A DNA stretch of 27,689 nucleotides from an uncultured delta proteobacterium (lineage in GTDB: Bacteria; Desulfobacterota; Binatia; Bin18), in NCBI GenBank assembly GCA_963733195.1, contig CAVTCR010000072.1:1-27689 (forward strand), given 5' to 3'. The position numbers were made by a program, and so were the translations under genes. Positions 20,654-27,689 of this stretch are shown one piece after another (position 1 is the first letter of the stretch; every line of letters starts with the position of its first letter). Under the pieces are notes generated by a model, which saw nothing but the letters and a program-made list of their open reading frames with translations, made no database searches and was not told where the DNA came from.

Positions 20654-21124
20654 TCAGTCTTTTGCAAGATATTCGACAAGCAGCTCAAAGGCGCTGCTCC
20701 AGCCTTCTCCATGCTCATTTCGCGATGTGATCGACTCGAAGACACCCTGATGAAAAGTGAGCAAGGTCTTTCCATCGTGATCGGCGAAGGTCACCGTTAC
20801 CAGCGTCTCGTGCTTAGGCTTACCCTCCGCATCCTCCCATGCTTGAGTGAAGACAATTCGCTCCGGCTCGACGATCTCGCGGAATACGCCGTGCTCTGCA
20901 TGTTCGGTTCCCTTGGGTGATCGCGAGCGAGTACGCCATGCCCCACCGAGTCGAAGATCCATCTCGCAGGACAGCGTGGTGAAGCCGCGCGGTCCCCACC
21001 ACTGCTTGATGCGTTCGGGCTCGGTCCAGGCTTTGAAAACGAGTGCGCGCGGCGCATCAAAGACCCGCGTGATGACCAGCTCGCGCTCCGTCGTATCGGT
21101 TGCAACGCTACTTCTTGCGGCCAT
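20654..21124 (-). CDS. SRPBCC/AHSA1-family ligand-binding protein
   Basis: ELVITRVFDAPRALVFKAWTEPE..QWWGPRGF, GVFREIVEPERIVFT, GWSSAFELL. Confidence 0.93.
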   Translation of the reverse strand: MAARSSVATDTTERELVITRVFDAPRALVFKAWTEPERIKQWWGPRGFTTLSCEMDLRLGGAWRTRSRSPKGTEHAEHGVFREIVEPERIVFTQAWEDAEGKPKHETLVTVTFADHDGKTLLTFHQGVFESITSRNEHGEGWSSAFELLVEYLAKD

Positions 21125-21458
21125 GTTTCTTCTCCTTTCTCTGCACCTTGTGTAGATATTCAGCTAAACGATCGAAGCTTTGTTCCCAGAAAGGACGATA
21201 GTGCTCCAGCCAGTCGGTGGCGTCCTTGAGCGGGCCTGCCGCGAGCTGGCAGGGTCGCCACTGCGCGTCCCGGCCACGGGCAATTAGCCCGGCGTTTTCC
21301 AACACCTTGAGATGCTTAGAAATGGCGGGCAGGCTCATGCTGAATGGTTCGGCTAGCTCCATGACCGAGGCCTCCCCCAAAGCGAGACGCTCCAGGATTG
21401 CGCGTCGAGTGGGATCGGCAAGAGCAGCGAAGGTAGTGTTGAGGGGATCAGGTGACAT
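21108..21458 (-). CDS. ArsR/SmtB-family transcriptional regulator
   Basis: FAALADPTRRAILERL..SVMELAEPFSMSLPAISKHLKVLE..AQWRPC. Confidence 0.93.
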   Translation of the reverse strand: MSPDPLNTTFAALADPTRRAILERLALGEASVMELAEPFSMSLPAISKHLKVLENAGLIARGRDAQWRPCQLAAGPLKDATDWLEHYRPFWEQSFDRLAEYLHKVQRKEKKHGRKK

Positions 21459-21463
21459 AGTTA

Positions 21464-21495
21464 TTAACTCTTTGGTTAATTAACCAAAAGGTTAA
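21464..21495. promoter_or_regulatory. Tandem ArsR-type operator
   Basis: Two abutting TTAAC-N6-GTTAA palindromes (21464-21479 and 21480-21495) lie just upstream of arsR. TTGACA is on the minus strand at 21517-21522. Confidence 0.75.
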
Positions 21496-21537
21496 ATACA
21501 CTCATCGATGAGAGCTTGTCAAGCAGAGTTGGGTTAT

Positions 21538-21618
21538 TCAGTGAGTTTTCTGTTCGTCGAGAGTGTTGTGCAGGTCGCGAAAGAGTTCGGCTTTTACCTT
21601 TTGGTTTGGATTACTCAT
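21538..21618 (-). pseudogene. 26-aa gene stub resembling the N-terminus of an ICL/PEP-mutase family protein
   Basis: RBS AGAGG then MSNPNQKVKAELFRDLH. Compare MTTTQSDKATRFNALH at 8492. Confidence 0.4.
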
Positions 21619-21638
21619 TGGCGCCTCTTTAGCTAGAG

Positions 21639-21754
21639 CTAAAGTTCGAACAGTTCACGCACCAATTTTTTGATCTGAGTAAGCTGTTCTGGTGTTAGAG
21701 TTCCCAATTTTGCTCCCAGACGCCGACGATCAATAGCGCGGAGTTGGGAATCAA
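21639..21754 (-). pseudogene. mazF: MazF/PemK toxin, C-terminal fragment
   Basis: It reads QLRAIDRRRLGAKLGTLTPEQLTQIKKLVRELFEL*, the typical PemK/MazF C-terminus. It is too short to appear in the ORF track. Confidence 0.85.
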
Positions 21755-21908
21755 GCTTCATTTTGCTGAGCGGTGAATCGTGAGAGGGCAAGCGGTGAGG
21801 AAGCGCGCTGGCCTTCACGACCCCGATACGGCTTCTGCTATACAGCGTCCGGTCTGGAGAGCATCACACTTATTGTGATGTGGTACGGCATGCCGGAAGG
21901 GAACGGCC

Positions 21909-23567
21909 ATGAAGCAACCCGAAGATGTCCAGCTCAGCCGGGAGGACGGCGAAGCGTTGCTCGCCCGGCTCGAAGCCAACACGCTGACCGCGGACGATCG
22001 GCGCGTGTTGGGGAAAGTGCTGACCTCTTACTTTTGGTTGTTGTTTGCGCTGCGGGAAGCGAAGCTGAGTCTCAAGCGAATCAAGGCGCTGGTGTTTGGC
22101 GAGAAGCCCAAGCCACCCAAGCCGCCGGCAGCGGGCGGGACGGCGGGCGGCGGGAGTGCGGGCGAGAACGCAACGCAGACCAGCACATCACAGGGAGTGC
22201 CATCCCTCCACTTCCCCATCGTCGCCGGAGAAGAAGCCGCCGCCTGGGCATGGGCGGCACGGCGCGGAGGTCTATCGGGCGGCGCAGACGGTGGAGTGTC
22301 GGCATGAGGAATTAGCCGTGGGTGAGCGATGTCCGGCGTGTGGTCGTGGGAACCTTGTATCGCTTACCGCCGGGCGTGGAGATGCGGCTCGATGGCAACG
22401 CGTTATTGTCGGCGGTGCGCTATGAGCTGGAGAAGTTACGCTGCTCGGCCTGTGGGCAAATCTTTACCGCATCGGTGCCGGCAGCAGCAGGGACCGAGAA
22501 GTATACGGCACGGGCGCGGGCGGTGTTAGCGCTGGCGCGCTACTACTTAGGGCTTGCCGTGGCATCGGCTCGAAGGATTCCAAGCGTTAGTCGGCGTGCC
22601 GGTGCCCGATGCGACACAATGGGATCAGGGCGAGATCGTGGGCGACTGTACCCATCCCATCTTCAAGTGGTTGGAGAAGCTGGCGGCGCAAGGCGAAGTG
22701 ATCTTTCAAGATGATACGCCCGGGCGGGTGTTAACGTTAATTGAGGAAAACCAGCAGGCGCGAGCGAAGGCCCGGGCGCAAGGCAAAGCGAAGCCGGACA
22801 CACGGACGGGCATGCAAACGACGGCGTTGATCGTGCAGGTGGGGGAGCGGCGCATTTGCTTGTATTATACGGGGCGGCGGCATGCGGGCGAGAATCTGGA
22901 GGCGCTCTTAACGAAACGGGAACCGGGACGCGAAAAACCGTTGGTGATGTCCGATGCCTTGAGCCAGCAACAATGCTGAGGAAGACGAACGCTCATCCGC
23001 TGTCATTGTCTGGCCCATGGGCGGCGCAGTTCACCGAGTTGGCCGAGGATTTCCCTGCGGAGAGTGCGGTTGTGGTGGAGGCGCTCAAGCTGATGTACGA
23101 CCATGAAGAGCAGGCGCGGGACCAAGGGCTCAGTGCGCAGGAGCGATTGGTCTACCATCAAACGTATAGTGAGCCCGTATTGACGACACTCAAGACGTGG
23201 CTGGAGCAGCAAACGGCAGAGCGTTGGTAGAACCCAATAGTAGTTTGGGCAAAGCGATCGCGTACTGTTGGAGCATTGGGAGACGCTGACGCGAGTCGTC
23301 AAAGTGCCGGGCGCGCCACTCGATAATAATGTCGCCGAGCGCGCGTTAAAACTGGCGATTCGCCAGCGCAAGAACTCCTTGTTCTATGCCACCGAGCATA
23401 GTGCCTACATTGCCAGTATCCTCACCAGTGTGATTGCCACCTGTGTACAGGCCGGGGTCAATGCCTTGGACTATCTGGTCGCGGTCCAGGAACACCGCCA
23501 GGAGGTGTTTGCCAATCCCAGTGCCTGGCTGCCGTGGAATTATGAGGCGGCCCTCGTGCCGTCGTAA
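21909..23567 (+). CDS. tnpC: IS66-family transposase TnpC, multiple frameshifts
   Basis: Coiled-coil ending ALVFG, GHGRHG, zinc finger CPACG..RCSACG, FQDDT, MSDAL, CLAHGRR, PLDNNVAERALK..RKNSLFY, WLPWNY. Confidence 0.9.
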
Positions 23568-23914
23568 CGGATGGGCCGCCAGTCGGGGGCGAGTTGGGCG
23601 CGGTCAGGATGGCCGTTGCCTAAGAGCACGTTCAGCTCCCACGCGGAGAGGGTCACGCTCTGGGTGCTGGCGGTCGGCCACCAGGAAAAACGCCCGTGGG
23701 ACAGACGTTTCGTGCAGAGCCAAAACCCTTGGCCATCGTAGGCCAAGAGCTTAAGCGTCGTGCCAGTGCGGTTGCGAAAGACATAGACCGTGCCGCCCAA
23801 GGGATTCTCATGCAACAGCCTGGCGACAGAGCGCCGCGAGCCCATCGATACCCTTCGGAAGTCGACAGGCTGCACGGCCAGAAAGATGCGACTCTGGGGC
23901 GTGAGTTGGAGCAT
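23540..23914 (-). CDS. tnpB: IS66 accessory protein TnpB
   Basis: MLQLTPQSRIFLAVQPVDFR...VYVFRNR..LKLLAYDGQGFWLCTKRLSHGRFSW. There are internal compensating frameshifts. Confidence 0.9.
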   Translation of the reverse strand: MLQLTPQSRIFLAVQPVDFRRVSMGSRRSVARLLHENPLGGTVYVFRNRTGTTLKLLAYDGQGFWLCTKRLSHGRFSWWPTASTQSVTLSAWELNVLLGNGHPDRAQLAPDWRPIRYDGTRAAS

Positions 23915-24315
23915 CAGTGGGAGTCCAGGAAGGTTTGGAGCAAGGGGACGAGGCGGAGAGGCGTCACTGTACGTGATGCGCAGCCGGGTGCCATCGGGCC
24001 GTTGGATTTCGACTTCCGTCGCGGGCGTCCGCCAGGCCGGCCGCGACTTCGACAAATGCGGGACGTGGGGAGAGGGCAGTGGCGCGGGCGTGCCATTCAG
24101 GGCCTCACGCCGTCGTTTGAGCGCATGGGGCGTGAGGCCCAGTTGGTTGGCGACCCGCGAGACGGAGAAGGTGGCCGTGAGCGCCACGGCGCTGCGCCCA
24201 CAACTCCGTGAGGAATGCGTCCCCGGGGAGTGCGGCGGCTTTGCCGCCACTGCGCAAAGTGGTGGGTTAAGTGCATAAGGGCTTCTTCGGCCTGGGCTGG
24301 CGATAATGGCTGCAT
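23914..24315 (-). CDS. tnpA: IS66 accessory protein TnpA-like, frameshifted
   Basis: FAQWRQSRRTPRGRIP, VSRVANQLGL (HTH-like), VEIQRPDGTRLRI and LLQTFL. TGATG couples it to tnpB. Confidence 0.75.
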
Positions 24316-24521
24316 ACCAAGCTCCCATCGTCGAACAAATTGTGGGAGCAACAATAGACGCCTGCGATGCTGCGCTGTCACGCAGGCTCACCGGACGACA
24401 CTACTCTGTGCCAGACGGGCGAAACTGCCGAAGACGATCGCTCTCACTTGAAGTGTGGAACGTGCAAAGATGGGCGAAGCGCCTTTCAGTGAAAGAGGGC
24501 AAGCTTGCTCCCCGGAAAGAC

Positions 24522-24750
24522 AAATCAATGCTACTGATCTAGCAGAAAGATGGTTAGAAAGGTCCGGGTCAATAACCAAGGTGGCTGGGAACCTGCGCGC
24601 CTTCAAGCGGCTGGTCAGTGGAACAATTTGGATAGTGGTCAGTCTGGCTGTGAGCTGAGGGTTCTGCAGAATGAGAGCAGGACGGAGCCCGGCTTGCTCG
24701 TGACCATCGGCAGCCGGAATCTGGACCCAGTAGATATCACCGGGGCTCAT
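24522..24750 (-). pseudogene. mazF: MazF/PemK toxin, N-terminal fragment (76 aa)
   Basis: GDIYWV...GHEQAGLRPALILQN...IVPLTS...NHLSARSVALI, after which the similarity breaks off. Confidence 0.9.
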
Positions 24751-24962
24751 GCAAGGTTCTTTTCAAACTCGACCAGCGCCTCGTCGCTCAGACGATCCCA
24801 CTCAGCGAACTCCGCTTCTAATCCCGAGTCGGCGAGCGGGAGATAGTAAGTGAGAGCATCTACAATGACACTCTGGGGTTTGGTCTTCTTTGCTTTTGCA
24901 ACCCGTTCTATACGCGCCTTGATTTTTGGTGAAATAACGATTTGGAGACGACGACTTGCCAT
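24747..24962 (-). CDS. Ribbon-helix-helix-type antitoxin
   Basis: 71 aa with a basic RHH-like N-terminus and an acidic C-terminus (EAEFAEWDRLSDEAL). It has an ATGA overlap with the toxin. Confidence 0.75.
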   Translation of the reverse strand: MASRRLQIVISPKIKARIERVAKAKKTKPQSVIVDALTYYLPLADSGLEAEFAEWDRLSDEALVEFEKNLA

Positions 24963-25130
24963 TTTGTCCTAGGCCTCCCATGCTTCAGCACTGTAACACC
25001 CTTCTTGCTCGGATCAATCCACCAGTGCCTCCAAGACGCGGGTGAGGCGCGCCAAATCCCCGCGGTGAATCATTTTGTCACTGGTTTTATAACTGAGAAT
25101 CCGTTCGACTTGAGTCGAAGGAGGATTGAT

Positions 25131-25473
25131 TCAATTCAACAGCTTGAGCTTTCCGGTTAACTGCGTCGATCTCCATATCGTCTGCGGGACCAAGGCCTAA
25201 GCAGGTTACTGTTCCGGTTGGCACGACCGTTCGGCCTGCATCTCTAATCAGACACGCGGGAATATGACGCTGCAGGGCTGATGTTTGTAACTCTATGAGT
25301 TCCTCTGTGCTGTTGCCCGTGAGCACAACCTTCGGCATGCCTTCCTCTAACCACCGGTGTCGTGCCTGCGTGCTCGCTTCGAGAAACGCACCGATAGCCG
25401 CATGCGCAACCTGGGCTGCCAGTTTGCCCTTTGGCAGTTTGAGAGCAGTATTCACCACAATGACCTGTTTCAT
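25131..25473 (-). CDS. pth2: Peptidyl-tRNA hydrolase type 2 (Pth2), one frameshift near the C-terminus
   Basis: MKQVIVV..LKLPKGKLAAQVAHAA, KVVL, IRDAGRTVV..GTVTCLGLGP. The shifted frame ends TGKLKLLN*. Confidence 0.92.
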
Positions 25474-25773
25474 GATTGTTTGGTGTAGCAGAGGAGGAAC
25501 TCCTTGCATATGAAAAAGCTTGGGCATAGAACGCGAAGTGAGAGATGCGTTACCCCGTCAAGGTAACTTCGGAAGGTCTGGAAACGTGAGTCAGGCAGCG
25601 TATCCTCTCGGGTGACATAACCCACGGGACTCAAAGCTGGGTATCGGAATGGCTATGGCAAACCTCGACGCCTAACGTTGACGAGCGGGACCATCACCGT
25701 CAGATGGCCGCCTGACCCGTGTGGCTGTGTTGTTCTTCTTGCTCCGGGAGAGGCGGAGGAGTAAAGAGGCCCT

Positions 25774-27689
25774 ATGCACTGCGCAAGCTGTGGCTTTGAC
25801 AATGCAGAGGGAGCCAAGTTCTGTGAAGAATGCGGGGTGCCGTTTGTGCGGCTCTGCCCGAGTTGTGGCCAGCAAATGCGGCCCACCGCCAAGTTCTGCT
25901 CCGAATGTGGGACGGCACTGAAGGCTATAGGAAAGCCAGTGCCAGCGAAGCGCCGCAAAGGCGCGAACACCACAGGCCAGTCCCATCGTCCTACGGCTCG
26001 TTCCACAACGGCAAGCCCTCATGCTACTGCACCGGAAGCCGAGCGCCGCCAGCTCACGGTGATGTTCGTTGACTTGGTGGACTCGACTGCCCTGTCCACA
26101 CAGCTCGACCCCGAGGAGTTACGCGGCGTGGTGCAGGCCTATCAAGCCGCGTGCGCAGACGTGATCGGTGGCTTTGCGGGGCATATCGCCCAATACCTCG
26201 GTGACGGGCTGCTCGTATACTTTGGCTATCCCGGTCGCCCACGAGGATGATGCCCAACGGGCCGTGCGGACAGCTTTAGGCATTCTCGTGGCCATAACAC
26301 AGGCTCCGCTCCTCCAACAGCATGGCGTGCAGGTGCGGATTGGCATTCACACCGGCCCCGTCGTCGTCGGCGAGATCGGCGGAGGAGCAAAGCGTGAACA
26401 ATTGGCGCTGGGAGAGACACCCAATATTGCTGCACGACTGCAAGGAGTTGCCGAGCCAGATACGGTGGTTATCAGTGCGGCCACCTCTCGGCTGGTGCAG
26501 GGCTTGTTCGAGTGCCAGGACTTGGGGCCACAGACACTCAAGGGCATCTCCACCCCATTATCCGTGTACCGGGTCATGCGGGAGAGTCAGGCCCAGAGCC
26601 GCTTTGAGGTCGCGGTCCGGACCGGCCTCACGCCCCTGATTGGGCGCGAGCACGAAGTGGGGCTGTTACAGGAACGGTGGGTGCAAGCGAAAAGCGGCGC
26701 AGGGCAAGTCGTCTTGCTGAGTGGTGAGGCCGGCATTGGCAAGTCGCGTCTAGTGCAGACGCTCAAAGAGCAGGTGAGCAGCGAGAGCGCGACCCGGATT
26801 GAGTTCCGCTGCTCGACCTTTTACCAGAATACGGCCTTCTATCCGGTCATCGAGCACTTGCAGCGGCTCCTCCAGTTGCAACGAGACGATACCCCTGACG
26901 CCAAGCTTGCGAAACTAGAGCGTGTCCTTGCTGCGTATCGCTTTCCCCAGACCGACACCGTGGCGCTCTTTGCCTCACTGCTGTCACTGCCGCACCCTAA
27001 GGGCTATCCGCCTCTCACCGTCAGTCCCCAGAAGCAGAAGCAGAAGACCCAGGAAGCCTTAATGAGCTGGCTGGTAGAGGAGGCCGAGCAGGCCGCGGTT
27101 TATTGCGTGTGGGAAGATTTGCACTGGGCCGATCCGTCCAGCCAGGAGTTCCTCGGGCGCTTAATTGATCAAGCGGCGCTGGCCCGCCTGCTGCTGGTGC
27201 TGACCTTTCGGCCGGAGTTCACGCCACCATGGGCTTCACGCGCGCACCTCACCTCGCTGACGCTCAGCCGTCTGCCCCGCACGCAGGTGGAGGAGATGGT
27301 AGAGAGGGTAACGGGCGGGAAGGCACTCCCGCCCGAGGTATTGCAAACAGATCGTGCACAAGACGGACGGCGTGCCGCTGTATGTGGAAGAGTTGACCAA
27401 GATGGTGCTAGAGTCGGGATTGCTCAGGGAGAGCGATGGCCACTATGAACTGACCGGACCTCTGCCTTCGCTGGCTATTCCCGCTACACTCCAGGATTCG
27501 CTGATGGCGCGGCTGGACCGGCTGGCCACGGTTAAAGAGGTGGCGCAGCTGGGAGCCACCTTGGGGCGAGAGTTTTCCTATGAGCTGCTGCAGGCCGTCG
27601 CGCCGGTGGAAGAGGCAAGCTTGCAGCAGGCGCTGGTCAAATTAGTGGACGCCGAGGTGCTCTACCAGCGTGGGCTGCCGCCGCAAGCC
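25774..27689 (+). CDS. Double zinc ribbon + class III nucleotide cyclase + AAA/STAND ATPase protein; frameshifted and running off the window
   Basis: Four Cxx[43 protein letters not shown], Walker [16 protein letters not shown]. Confidence 0.92.

Larger units (their letters stand above)
21755..24521. mobile_element. IS66-family-like element (~2.77 kb) inserted in mazF
   Basis: It is bounded by the two mazF halves and a duplicated AATCAA (21749-21754 and 24523-24528). It encodes TnpA, TnpB and TnpC homologs. Confidence 0.85.

Noticed and set aside
23540-24391. 283-aa ORF as a TnpA-TnpB fusion
   Set aside because: It is a mosaic of frames created by indels. tnpA ends with TGA overlapping the tnpB ATG (TGATG at 23912-23916).
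24388-24750. 120-aa ORF as an intact MazF
   Set aside because: Only the first 76 aa are toxin-like. The rest is read-through into the insertion, and the true C-terminus lies at 21639-21746.
25010-25100. Short minus-strand segment MIHRGDLARLTRVLEALVD*, and a 10-bp match GCGGTGAATC to the IS left end
   Set aside because: Both are short enough to arise by chance and have no further support.
1-27689. Mass pseudogenisation or programmed frameshifting
   Set aside because: Single-base shifts hit many unrelated genes whose motifs are intact, several are compensating pairs, and I saw no consistent slippery-site motif. Sequencing indels are the simpler explanation.

Overview
This is an accessory-gene-rich bacterial window with many single-base indels, probably long-read or low-coverage assembly errors. 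The gene content suggests an uncultured Binatia- or Tectomicrobia-like organism (inference only). From left to right it holds: the tail of a polysaccharide cluster (LMW phosphatase, glycosyltransferases); a minus-strand redox operon divergent from a MocR regulator (PEP-mutase family, VOC, AhpD/CMD, cupin, molybdopterin oxidoreductase); a REP-containing MITE; a decayed PIN toxin-antitoxin pair; a probable sigma54-driven run (small membrane protein, CmcJ/NvfI dioxygenase, SDR, F420-type reductase, GST-like protein, haloacetate dehalogenase, AlkA); a Tsx-like channel; an Ada Zn domain plus Ogt; an ArsR-SRPBCC-DUF899-CxxC membrane protein-transglutaminase operon; a MazF/PemK toxin split by an IS66-like element; Pth2; and the start of a zinc-ribbon/cyclase/STAND protein. 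There are two main observations. First, the AhpD/CMD gene that the ORF track splits in two is probably one selenoprotein (CPFU, in-frame UGA followed by a SECIS-like hairpin). Second, an IS66-like element with convergent tnpC versus tnpAB and no canonical ends sits inside mazF, whose two halves can be rejoined.
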